Positions 7,487 to 16,366 of a DNA stretch of 64,000 nt are shown here, one piece after another. The translations under genes and the position numbers were made by a program. Under the pieces are notes generated by a model. That model ran no database searches. It was not told the origin of the DNA and worked only from the letters and a program-made list of their open reading frames with translations. Position 1 is the first letter of the stretch. Each line of letters opens with the position of its first letter. Source of the DNA: an uncultured Bacteroidales bacterium (GTDB lineage: Bacteria > Bacteroidota > Bacteroidia > Bacteroidales > F082); the NCBI GenBank assembly GCA_937896505.1, contig CALBNP010000136.1, forward strand, positions 11,338 through 75,337, in the 5' to 3' direction.

Positions 7487-8620
7487 ATGGCATTGAGTAA
7501 AATTAGATTAGGAGATATTGTAATTCCATATAAAAACAAATGTGGGAATCCCCATTTAACACCATACGAAGTCTCTGGCGTTAATAGAGATAAAGAGTTC
7601 TTCGAACCTTCTCACCAAGTCGGTGCAGATACTGAAAATTATCAAAACGTTCCACCCCATTTTTTCGCATGTAATTTGATGCATGTTGGTAGAGATGTTG
7701 TCTTGCCAATTGCATTTAATCATACGGATTCCATCAAACACGTAAGCCCTGCTTATACAGTCTTTTCCTTAAAAAAGAATGTTGGAATATTGGAAGAATA
7801 TTTCTTTTTATACTTAAAATCAGACGAACGTGATAGGTATTTTTGGTTCCATACAGATTCTTCAGTGCGGGATGGAATGTCTTGGGAAGATTTTTGCGAT
7901 ATTGAAATCGACCTTCCTTCGCTCGACATCCAGCAGAAGTACGTGGACGTATATAACGCGATGTTGGCCAACCAGCAGAACTACGAGCGCGGACTGGAGG
8001 ATTTGAAACTCGTGTGTCAAGGTCATTTTGATATTGCCAAAAAGGAACATTGTGTGAAGCTCGGTGAGATTATCGAAAAGGTTGACAAACGTAATAACGA
8101 TTTGGCCTATGGAAGTGAAGATGTTCGAGGAATAACAAATAAGAAACAATTCGATGATACGAAGGCTGATTTGATAGGAGTTGACATTTCCAAATTCAAA
8201 ATTATAGATAATGGCGTCTTCGCCTATAATAGTCGTACTGACGGTCGTGACATGCTTGTTGTTGCATTGAATAATACGCAGCAATCGTATATAGTAACTT
8301 TTAACTATAACGCATTTAGAATAAAAGAAGATTGCCGCAAGGTGATGAATTCAGACTATTTGTATTGTTATTTCTGCCGCCCTGAGTTTGATCGGTTGGT
8401 TAGGTTTAATTCTTGGGGCTCATCACAAGAACTACTTTCTTGGGATAATCTTTGTGATATTTCGGTTCCTTGTCCACCGTATGAGGAACAGATATCTATT
8501 GCTAATGCCTTTGATGTATACAAAGAAAGAATGTCTGTAAACGAGCAATTGAAAACACAGATAAAGGACATTTGTCCGATATTGATAAAAGGGAGTATTG
8601 AGGAAGGGAGAAAGAATTGA
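7487..8620 (+). CDS. hsdS: Type I restriction-modification specificity subunit with two TRDs
   Basis: IRLGDIV start, central conserved helix region IEIDLPSLDIQQKYVDVYNAMLANQQNYERGLEDLKL, second TRD ending ISVPCPPYEEQISIANAFDVYKERMSVNEQLK. Confidence 0.9.
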   Translation: MALSKIRLGDIVIPYKNKCGNPHLTPYEVSGVNRDKEFFEPSHQVGADTENYQNVPPHFFACNLMHVGRDVVLPIAFNHTDSIKHVSPAYTVFSLKKNVGILEEYFFLYLKSDERDRYFWFHTDSSVRDGMSWEDFCDIEIDLPSLDIQQKYVDVYNAMLANQQNYERGLEDLKLVCQGHFDIAKKEHCVKLGEIIEKVDKRNNDLAYGSEDVRGITNKKQFDDTKADLIGVDISKFKIIDNGVFAYNSRTDGRDMLVVALNNTQQSYIVTFNYNAFRIKEDCRKVMNSDYLYCYFCRPEFDRLVRFNSWGSSQELLSWDNLCDISVPCPPYEEQISIANAFDVYKERMSVNEQLKTQIKDICPILIKGSIEEGRKN

Positions 8621-8639
8621 AAAATAAAGGAGGTTGGTT

Positions 8640-11024
8640 ATGAAAGTTACTAAAATTAAAACGATTAAGAATCTTGCAGTATTTAAGGATTTTCAATGGG
8701 ATGACTGCGTTAAAGACAAGGATGGAAGAATCCAAACTTTTCAAGACATAAATATCATATATGGCAGAAATTATTCAGGAAAAACAACTTTGTCAAGAAT
8801 ATTTCGAGCATTTGAAACTGGGAAAATATCTGATAAATATGCAAATCCCGAATTCCAATTAGAATTCAAGGATGGAGGATGTGTTGGCCAAACTCAAATT
8901 AACAACAAGCAAGATTTCCGAGTCTTTAACTCTGATTTTATTGATGAAAATTTATCAATCCTTCGAGATTCAGATAGTGGTAAAATTCAGCCTTTCGCGA
9001 TATTAGGAGATGGTAATGCCACTTTAGCATCAGAGATAGAAAGCCTTCAAAATGAATTAGGCAAAAATGCAGAAGAAGAGAAAACTGGTTTATATAAAGA
9101 ACTGGGCGATAAAGAAAAAGCATACAAAGACGCTGACAAAAAGTATAACGACGCTGACAAATCGTTAAGCAAACGCCTGACTGATAAAGCCAGCCAAATG
9201 AAGAATCAAAATGGCAACTTTGTTTCTCCTAATTATGACAAAACAAAATTAAAGTCAGATATAGAACAACTTTCTAGCTTTACTTTTAAAACAGAACAAG
9301 AAATAACAGACTTAAAAAAACTGTTGCAAGAAGAAACAAAAGCGAGTATTCGAAAAGCCTCCGCTTCGCTACAGTATGACACTTTAGTTTCAGAAACAAA
9401 AATTTTGTTAGCCCGCAAAGTTGAAAGTGCAGATAAAATTCGAGAACTTGTAGAAAACTCTTTGTTGAATAACTGGGTAAAAGAAGGACTTGATTTACAT
9501 AAAGAAAGAAATACGTGTGCTTTCTGTGGTCAACCTCTTTCATCTGATAGATTGGAAATGTTGCAACATCATTTTAATGAAGAAATGGATGCTCTTCAAA
9601 ATGATTTGAGAACAGAGATAACAAAGATTGAGGACGAAAAGACGAATGCCAAGAAAATAGTTGAAAACATAAGTGAAACCAATTTATATGTTAAGTTTCA
9701 AAATGATGCAAAAGCAAGTTTGGAAAGCATTAAAAAGATAATTTCTAATTATTGTCAAGAGTTGGATAAGCTATCTACTCAATTAGAAAATAAAAAGAAA
9801 AATGTGTTTCATGAACTTGTTTTTGTGGAACCAGATGATTTTACACAACAGATTTTAGATGCACTTACGGATTTTAACAAAATTGTAGAGGACGCAATTA
9901 CATATGGGAATAATTTACAGAAGGAAAAGGATGAAGCAAAAAATACACTTCGGCTCAATGTGGTCAAACAATTTGTTGACGACATTAAATATTCGGATTT
10001 ATGTAAAGAAATAGACAATCTAAAAAAAGAAGCGGATCAGAAAAAAACTGAATTTGACAATTTTAAGAATGATGTTAATCAAAAAGAAAAAGAACTTGCA
10101 ATTAAGAAATCACAGTTGAATGACGAAGAAAAAGGTGCAATCAAAGTCAATGAATATTTAACAAATTTCTTTGGTCACGAATTTCTACAATTAGTTCCAA
10201 TAAAGGAAGAATCGGAAAACGCAGACGCAAAGCACTATCGTTTCGAAATCCAAAGAAATGGCAGTAAAGCGTATAATTTAAGTGAAGGAGAATGCAGGTT
10301 GGTTGCTTTCTCTTATTTTATGGCTAAACTCAACGACACAGAAACCGCAGGCAAAAAGCCATTAATTTGGATAGATGACCCGATTTGCTCTTTAGATGCA
10401 AACCATGTATTCTTTGTATACTCTTTGATTTCTTCAGAAATTGCAATAAAAGATAATTTTGAACAACTTTTCATCACAACTCATAACTTGGATTTTCTGA
10501 AGTATCTGAAAAGACTAAAAAGCAAATATGTTGATAACGACAGAGATCGTTCTAAAGGATATTTCATTATAGAAAGAAAAAATGATGATACGAATTTGAT
10601 GGTTATGCCAAAATATATGAAGGATTTCGTCACAGAGTTCAATTATTTATTCGATTCTATATATAAATGTGCGAATTCAGAATTAAGTGAAGAAACGTAT
10701 CCTCTATTCTATAATTTCAGCAATAATGCTCGCAAATTTTTAGAAATATACCTATTTTACAAATATCCAGATGATAGTGAAGATAGAGTAAAGCAAGAAA
10801 GCTTTTTTGGAGAAAAGATACCCGTTTTTTTGAATGAGAGGGTTACTAATGAATATTCTCATTTAAAAGGCGATATAGAACGAGCATCAAATCCTGTTGA
10901 ATATCCTGTTGAAACGATGAAAAAAGATGCACAAATGATTCTTGAATGTATACAACATCATGATCAAAAGCAATATGATGCCCTCCTTAATAGTATAGGT
11001 GTTAGTGTTTCACCAACAGAATAA
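8640..11024 (+). CDS. rloC: RloC-like anticodon nuclease (AAA_13/ABC-type ATPase head with coiled-coil CxxC hook and PrrC-like C-terminal nuclease region)
   Basis: ATG at 8640 (ORF track starts at TTG 8634). Walker A GRNYSGKT (8763-8786). A ~370-aa Lys/Glu-rich coiled-coil insert carries CAFC (9516-9527). ABC signature-like LSEGECRL, Walker B LIWIDDPICSLD, FITTHNLDF. C-terminal R-x3-E (ARKFLE, 10731-10745) plus NEYSH (His 10860-10862), matching the PrrC/RloC Arg-Glu-His triad pattern. Sits between hsdS and hsdR. Confidence 0.75.
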   Translation: MKVTKIKTIKNLAVFKDFQWDDCVKDKDGRIQTFQDINIIYGRNYSGKTTLSRIFRAFETGKISDKYANPEFQLEFKDGGCVGQTQINNKQDFRVFNSDFIDENLSILRDSDSGKIQPFAILGDGNATLASEIESLQNELGKNAEEEKTGLYKELGDKEKAYKDADKKYNDADKSLSKRLTDKASQMKNQNGNFVSPNYDKTKLKSDIEQLSSFTFKTEQEITDLKKLLQEETKASIRKASASLQYDTLVSETKILLARKVESADKIRELVENSLLNNWVKEGLDLHKERNTCAFCGQPLSSDRLEMLQHHFNEEMDALQNDLRTEITKIEDEKTNAKKIVENISETNLYVKFQNDAKASLESIKKIISNYCQELDKLSTQLENKKKNVFHELVFVEPDDFTQQILDALTDFNKIVEDAITYGNNLQKEKDEAKNTLRLNVVKQFVDDIKYSDLCKEIDNLKKEADQKKTEFDNFKNDVNQKEKELAIKKSQLNDEEKGAIKVNEYLTNFFGHEFLQLVPIKEESENADAKHYRFEIQRNGSKAYNLSEGECRLVAFSYFMAKLNDTETAGKKPLIWIDDPICSLDANHVFFVYSLISSEIAIKDNFEQLFITTHNLDFLKYLKRLKSKYVDNDRDRSKGYFIIERKNDDTNLMVMPKYMKDFVTEFNYLFDSIYKCANSELSEETYPLFYNFSNNARKFLEIYLFYKYPDDSEDRVKQESFFGEKIPVFLNERVTNEYSHLKGDIERASNPVEYPVETMKKDAQMILECIQHHDQKQYDALLNSIGVSVSPTE

Positions 11025-11035
11025 TAATTTTAACC

Positions 11036-14000
11036 ATGTCCAAACTCACCAATTACAACGGCCGTTACTGCGAAAGCGAGTTCGAGAATGCCTTCATTGC
11101 TTTCTTGGAGCAAGAAGGTTGGCACTATACATTAGGCAACAAGATAAAGCGCACCAACAAGACGGATGTGCTCATCGAGGAAGACTTCAAAGAGTTCATT
11201 GCCAACATGAATGATGACTTGACGGGCGAGGAAATCGACCGCCTGTTTGATATGGTTAGGCTTGTGGGTGCTGAGACTGATTTCGCCACGCTGCATAAGG
11301 TGTATTGCTGGATGGTGAACGGGGTGCAGTTCGTGCCAGAGAACGGACAGGCGCGAATGGTCAGCTTGATTGACTTTGACCCGGAGCATCCTGAAAAGAA
11401 CATTTTCAGGGCGGTGAACCAATTCACCGTGGAATATACCAACAATGGCCAGAAAGAGAACCGCCGTCCCGATGTGCTGCTGTATGTCAACGGTATGCCG
11501 CTTTGCATCGTCGAGCTGAAAAACCCTGCCGATGCCAATGCGACCGTGTTTGACGCATGGGAGCAGATTACGATTCGTTACTGGCGCGACATTCCGCATC
11601 TTTTGCACTATTGCCCATTGGCGTGCATCAGCGATGGCGTTCACACCCGATTGGGCACGGTGAAGACCCCCTACGAGCATTTCTATGCCTGGCGTCGTGT
11701 GAATGAAGGTGATAAGGTGACGACAATGCCGTTTGATGAGACGAAGAAGATGATACAGGGCGTTTATTCGCCAGCACGTTTCCTGGAGATTTTCCGTGAC
11801 TACATCTATTTCCGTGATGCAGAATATGACGGCGATGAGTTTGAGTTGGTTTGCCGTTATCCACAATTCTTCGCCACGAAGCTGCTGAAGCAAAGCGTCA
11901 TCGACTCGGTACAGCAAGGCAACGGGAAGGGAGGAACCTACTTTGGCGCTACGGGATGCGGGAAAACCTATACGATGGCTTTCCTTGCCCGCCAATTGGC
12001 GCTTCGCTGCACTGACATTATTGGCTCGCCAACCATCATCATGATTGTTGACCGCGACGACTTGCAGGAACAAGGTTCGAAACTCTTCACGAAGAGTTCG
12101 GAGTTTCTGAATTTGGGAGCGGTTGAAGTAGTGCCGACGCGCAAAGATTTGAGAAATGAACTGAAGAAAAGGGAAAGCGGCGGCTTCTACATCTGCACCA
12201 TTCAGAAATTTTGCGACCGAAGCGATGATGCCATGGGACTCATCAACGAGCGGAGGAACATCATCTGTTTTTCGGATGAGGCACACCGCACGCAACTGGA
12301 ACATAGCAAGCAAATCAGATTCTGCAAAGATGCTGATGAGAATATGAAAGCCGTGGTTTCGAAGCCCTACGCTAAGGTGTTGAAAGAGGCGTTTCCCCAT
12401 GCCACTTTCGTCGGCTTTACGGGCACGCCTATCGCAGAGACCTATCAGACTTTTGGCGAAGAGATAGACCGCTACACCATGGACCAGGCAGTGGCCGATG
12501 AAATCACAGTGCCGATAAAATACCATCCGCGCATCGCGAAGGTTCTTTTGGATCCAGAGAAGGTGAAAGAGATAGAGCGTTATTACGGCAAATGCGCCGA
12601 CGAAGGTGCAGATGAAAAGGAAATCAATGCCAGCAAAATGGCGATGAGTTCGATGGAGGTGATATTAGGGGAGCCATCGCGCTTGGCGCGCTTGGCGGAT
12701 GACATTCATTCGCATTATCTTTCAGCCTGTGAAAACGACCCTGAACGCATCCAAAAAGCAATGGTGGTATGCTCCAACAGGACTATCGCCTATAACCTTC
12801 TTTGCTTATTCAGAGAGAAATATCCTGAGTGGTTTGTGGAGAAAAAGACACCAGATGGCGTTGCTGTGACTGATGAAGAACTGAAGAAACTGAAGCCTAT
12901 GCCCTTTATGGCTATGGTGGCCAGCGTGGGAAGCAATGACCCGGCAGAGATGTATAACTATCTTGGCGGTGTCAAGAACAATGCCAGAAATAAGGACTAT
13001 GGAGAAGCCTTTAAGGCGGAAAAGTCCAATTTCCGTATTGTCGTGGTGGTGGATATGTGGATAACAGGTTTTGATGTTGAGCCATTGACCTACATGTATA
13101 ATGACAAGCCGTTGCAGAAGCATCTGCTCATCCAAACCATTAGCCGCGTGAACCGCAAGTACCCGGGCAAAAAATACGGCATGATCGTTGACTATATTGG
13201 CATCCGTGACAATATGCGTGTGGCCGTGAAGATGTATGGCGGCGACAACAGCGTTGCGCCTACGGCGGATGATGTTGAGCAAGGCACGATTATTTTCAGG
13301 GAGGAGCTGGAGATATTGAAGAGAATGTTTGCGGGTTATGACCTCGCGCCATTCCTGAACCCAGATACCGACCCGATTGACAGATATACCCTGCTGGCCA
13401 AGGCAGCCGAATTTGTGTTTTCTTCAACAGAAGAAATGAATTCGGAAGGTGAAAATGGCAAGGGACCTAAAAAGGTGACATTCAAGACATATTTCCTGCA
13501 ATCGGTCAAACGATTGCGGGTTGCTTACGACATTTGTCAGCCGTCGGGAGAGCTTGGTGAGGAAGAATCAGCACTGGCACAATGTTTCATGGCTATTGCA
13601 GGATTTGTCCGCAAGATGAATGGAACGAGCGATATAGATGCAGAGACAATGAACCGTAAGGTTGCGGTCATGGTTGAAGAGGCGTTGAAATACAATAAGG
13701 TTGAGAGCGTTCTCGAAGAGGGACAAACGGAAGACATCATTAGTCCGGAGTATTATGAATCGCTTGAAGATGTTCCGATGCCCGCATCGAAGCTGGAACT
13801 GCTTATCAAGTTGCTGAAGAAACAGATTCGGGAGTATGGCCGCACCAATGGCGTGGAGGCGAAGAAGTTCCAGGAGCTGTTGGAACAGACCATCAAACAA
13901 TACCACGAAAGGCGTAAGCACCTCAGTGCAAGTGAGGCAGGAAAGACACAGGAAGAAGCCGTGGAAGACATCGTGAAGAATGCCACCGAGCAAGCCTTGT

Positions 14001-14365
14001 CGATTCTGAAGTCACTGAACGAAAGCAAAGAGAGTTTCCGCAAATTAGGTCTTACCTTTGAGGAGAAATCGTTTTACGACATTTTGATGTCACTTCGAGA
14101 CCAGTATGATTTTGAGTATGGCGAAGACAAACTTGTTGACGGGGTTATGGTGAACGACAAATGCCGGATTCTGGCGAAGAAGGTGAAAGAGATTATCGAT
14201 ACGAAGTCGTCGTTTGCCGATTGGCTGAACAATCAGAATGTCAGAAACTCGCTGAAGTTGGATATTAAGATTTGCTTGGTGAAGAATGGCTATCCACCGC
14301 AATATAGTCCTGAGGTTTTCAACAAGGTGATGGAGCAGGTGGAGAATTTTGAGGAGAATGGGTGA
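11036..14365 (+). CDS. hsdR: Type I restriction enzyme R subunit (endonuclease/translocase)
   Basis: N-terminal PD-(D/E)xK (RPDVLLYVNGMPLCIVELKNP), Walker A GATGCGKT (11945-11968), DEAHR (12275-12289), FTGTP, helicase C motifs (VDMWITGFDVEPL, QTISRVNR), C-terminal HsdR tail (SFYDILMSL...). Confidence 0.95.
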   Translation: MSKLTNYNGRYCESEFENAFIAFLEQEGWHYTLGNKIKRTNKTDVLIEEDFKEFIANMNDDLTGEEIDRLFDMVRLVGAETDFATLHKVYCWMVNGVQFVPENGQARMVSLIDFDPEHPEKNIFRAVNQFTVEYTNNGQKENRRPDVLLYVNGMPLCIVELKNPADANATVFDAWEQITIRYWRDIPHLLHYCPLACISDGVHTRLGTVKTPYEHFYAWRRVNEGDKVTTMPFDETKKMIQGVYSPARFLEIFRDYIYFRDAEYDGDEFELVCRYPQFFATKLLKQSVIDSVQQGNGKGGTYFGATGCGKTYTMAFLARQLALRCTDIIGSPTIIMIVDRDDLQEQGSKLFTKSSEFLNLGAVEVVPTRKDLRNELKKRESGGFYICTIQKFCDRSDDAMGLINERRNIICFSDEAHRTQLEHSKQIRFCKDADENMKAVVSKPYAKVLKEAFPHATFVGFTGTPIAETYQTFGEEIDRYTMDQAVADEITVPIKYHPRIAKVLLDPEKVKEIERYYGKCADEGADEKEINASKMAMSSMEVILGEPSRLARLADDIHSHYLSACENDPERIQKAMVVCSNRTIAYNLLCLFREKYPEWFVEKKTPDGVAVTDEELKKLKPMPFMAMVASVGSNDPAEMYNYLGGVKNNARNKDYGEAFKAEKSNFRIVVVVDMWITGFDVEPLTYMYNDKPLQKHLLIQTISRVNRKYPGKKYGMIVDYIGIRDNMRVAVKMYGGDNSVAPTADDVEQGTIIFREELEILKRMFAGYDLAPFLNPDTDPIDRYTLLAKAAEFVFSSTEEMNSEGENGKGPKKVTFKTYFLQSVKRLRVAYDICQPSGELGEEESALAQCFMAIAGFVRKMNGTSDIDAETMNRKVAVMVEEALKYNKVESVLEEGQTEDIISPEYYESLEDVPMPASKLELLIKLLKKQIREYGRTNGVEAKKFQELLEQTIKQYHERRKHLSASEAGKTQEEAVEDIVKNATEQALSILKSLNESKESFRKLGLTFEEKSFYDILMSLRDQYDFEYGEDKLVDGVMVNDKCRILAKKVKEIIDTKSSFADWLNNQNVRNSLKLDIKICLVKNGYPPQYSPEVFNKVMEQVENFEENG

Positions 14366-14452
14366 GAGAGGGGAAATGTGAGTATGTGTGTGCAATGCCA
14401 CCATACTCAACGTGTTGTGCGTGTGGAAACCTTCCTGTGCGCAAAAGTAGCG

Positions 14453-14564
14453 ATTTATCGGAATTTAAAAATATAAAATTCAATATTTATCGGAGTTTAT
14501 AAGTGTAAAATCGACGATTTATCGGAATTTAAACGCAAAAAATCTTGTATTTATCGGAATTTAA
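14453..14564. repeat. Four phased copies of a 16-bp core ATTTATCGGA(A/G)TTTA(A/T), exact 32-bp period
   Basis: Cores start at 14453, 14485, 14517 and 14549. Three are identical and one has 2 changes. The three 16-bp spacers all carry AAAAT at offsets 7-11. Confidence 0.9.
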
Positions 14565-14596
14565 CTATCTTATGCACGGCATAAACGATTGCTGAT

Positions 14597-14809
14597 ATGG
14601 TTAATGAAAATGTTATATTTCAGGTACTTGCAGAGCAAAAGGAAGAAACAAAGAATTACGACACTCAAAAATGGGTTTCCCGCAAAGAGGAATCGTTGTT
14701 TGAGTTCGACAGCAAGTTGGCACTTGCGCAACAAACGTGGATATGTGGAAAGTCTGTTGGAAGCCATATAATTTCGCGAATTATTTGTTTGGATTTTGTC
14801 AGAAAATAG
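14597..14809 (+). pseudogene. Possible 5' fragment of an AAA_14/DUF4143-type ATPase gene
   Basis: The 70-aa ORF MVNENVIFQVLAEQKEE...SRKEESLFEFDSKLALAQQTWICGKSVG resembles the N-terminus and degenerate Walker A (cf. LLLRGARQTGKST in the intact gene at 14904). The frame then runs into the 33-bp repeats and stops. Confidence 0.3.
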
Positions 14810-14873
14810 CAAATTATTTGTTTGGATTTTGTCAGAAAATGGCGAATTATTTGTTTGGATTTTGTCAAAAAAC
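14779..14873. repeat. Three tandem 33-bp repeats (AATTATTTGTTTGGATTTTGTCAGAAAAT plus a 4-nt linker)
   Basis: Copies start at 14779, 14812 and 14845. Copies 1 and 2 share an identical 29-nt core; copy 3 differs at 2 positions near its 3' end. The array abuts the promoter of the ATPase gene. Confidence 0.9.
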
Positions 14874-14874
14874 G

Positions 14875-14882
14875 TATTTTTG
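14875..14882 (+). promoter_or_regulatory. Candidate -7 box (TATTTTTG), with a -33-like TTTG at 14850-14853 inside repeat copy 3
   Basis: TAnnTTTG lies 21 nt upstream of ATG 14904. The TTTG sits 21 nt upstream of the -7 box. Confidence 0.5.
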
Positions 14883-14903
14883 CAAAATCAAAATCAAGTA
14901 ATT

Positions 14904-16277
14904 ATGTATTACGAAAGGATAATTGACAAATATCTATGGGAATGGGCAGGCGCAGAAAGCCATAAACCGCTTCTGCTAAGAGGTGCCAGACAGACGGGAA
15001 AATCAACAGCCGTAAGGCATTTGGGCGAGCGTTTTGATACTTATGTGGAGATTAACTTTGAGAAGCGCCCAACTTACAAAGACCTGTTCGCCAAGGATCT
15101 CGACATCAAAAGAATCCTTCCGCTTTTGTCGGTGATGAGCAGGAAGACCATTGCCCCCGGCAAAACCTTGTTGTTCCTTGATGAAATACAAGAATGCCCT
15201 AATGCAATAATGGCGTTACGTTATTTTTGGGAGGACATGCCAGAACTCCATGTAGTGGCCGCTGGATCTCTCTTGGAATTTGCCTTGGACGAACTGCCAA
15301 CTTTCGGTGTCGGCCGCATCCATTCGATGTATATGTATCCAATGACATTCGACGAGTTTCTTATGGCCAATGGTGAACATTTGTTGCTGAATGAACGGAA
15401 CAACGCTTCCGCTTCCAATCCACTCGATGAAACTGTGTGCGTAGAGCTAATTGATTATTTGCGTACTTATATGCTTGTCGGTGGCATGCCTGAAAGTGTC
15501 GCTAAATGGGTTGAGACACACGATTTCAACCAATGCCAACAAGTTCAAGATGATATTTTGACTGGTTATGAGGATGATTTCCCAAAATATAGGAAAAAGG
15601 TTGATCCTCAACTGCTTCGCCAGACTTTGAGAAGTGTTGCAGTTCAGACATCTAGAAAGTTTGTGTATTCGCAGGTTCCTGGCGAATATAAATCTGCCGA
15701 TATCAAAAAAGCACTTGAACTGCTCATGAAGTCGGGTATCGTTATCCCCGTTACTCATTCAAATGCCAACGGATTGCCTTTGGGGAACGAAATCGAGCAA
15801 AGTTTCCGAAAAATGCTATTGCTTGACACGGGTCTGATGCTTCGTTTGATGAATATGGCGATGGGCAATACAGAGGAAATAACGACTCAAATCCTTACTT
15901 CGTCAGCGGCTGATTTGGTAAATAAAGGAGTCGTTTCGGAAATGTTGGTTGGCCTTGAATACCTTCATTATCAAACTCCCAACATGCGCCATGAGTTGTT
16001 CTATTGGGTGCGACAATCGAAGAATTCTTTGGCCGAAATTGATTATGTGATGCCATACAACTTAAAAGTGATTCCCGTGGAAGTGAAGGCGGGAGTGCAA
16101 GGTGGGATGAAAAGTCTATGGGAATTCATGCGTGAAAAGAATCTTACCTACGCCGTAAGGTGTTCGCTTGAGAACTTCGGCAAGTTTGAATACGTTGACT
16201 CCAAAGCAGATGATGCTGTCAGGCAAGTGACGATATGCCCAATTTATTCAATTTCGCAAATGGGTCGCCTGTTGTGA
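14904..16277 (+). CDS. AAA+ ATPase (AAA_14 plus DUF4143 type)
   Basis: Internal ATG at 14904 gives MYYERIIDKYLWEW...PLLLRGARQTGKST (Walker A) and LLFLDEIQ (Walker B). The upstream 36 codons of the ORF only translate the tandem repeats. Confidence 0.85.
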   Translation: MYYERIIDKYLWEWAGAESHKPLLLRGARQTGKSTAVRHLGERFDTYVEINFEKRPTYKDLFAKDLDIKRILPLLSVMSRKTIAPGKTLLFLDEIQECPNAIMALRYFWEDMPELHVVAAGSLLEFALDELPTFGVGRIHSMYMYPMTFDEFLMANGEHLLLNERNNASASNPLDETVCVELIDYLRTYMLVGGMPESVAKWVETHDFNQCQQVQDDILTGYEDDFPKYRKKVDPQLLRQTLRSVAVQTSRKFVYSQVPGEYKSADIKKALELLMKSGIVIPVTHSNANGLPLGNEIEQSFRKMLLLDTGLMLRLMNMAMGNTEEITTQILTSSAADLVNKGVVSEMLVGLEYLHYQTPNMRHELFYWVRQSKNSLAEIDYVMPYNLKVIPVEVKAGVQGGMKSLWEFMREKNLTYAVRCSLENFGKFEYVDSKADDAVRQVTICPIYSISQMGRLL

Positions 16278-16366
16278 TATAAAATTTGTCTTAACTTACT
16301 GACTAATATATCATGGCGACACATTTCATTTTAAATTTCGACTTTGATTGATTTTATTGGTGTCCG

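Noticed and set aside
10999-11214. 71-aa ORF bridging the rloC end and the hsdR start.
   Set aside because: It overlaps two well-supported genes in a different frame, and its basic low-complexity translation has no features.
11132-12526. 464-aa ORF on the minus strand inside hsdR. Similar long antisense ORFs: 5138-5839, 19994-21094, 39541-40374, 42415-43161, 44506-45078, 49596-50333, 54753-55361 and 57811-58770.
   Set aside because: Each lies wholly antisense to a gene with strong family motifs. Their translations are low-complexity (R/H/G/V-rich) with no recognisable motifs. They are the shadow ORFs expected in GC-balanced coding DNA.
14379-14409. Hairpin TGAGTATG...CATACTCA just after hsdR as a terminator.
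   Set aside because: It has an 8-bp stem but a 15-nt loop and no following T tract, so I am not confident enough to list it as a terminator.
14453-14873. Possible CRISPR array, because of regularly spaced direct repeats.
   Set aside because: The repeats are only 16 bp with 16-bp spacers (4 copies), or they are contiguous 33-bp tandem units (3 copies). The spacers share sequence, no cas genes are present, and the geometry does not fit any CRISPR type.
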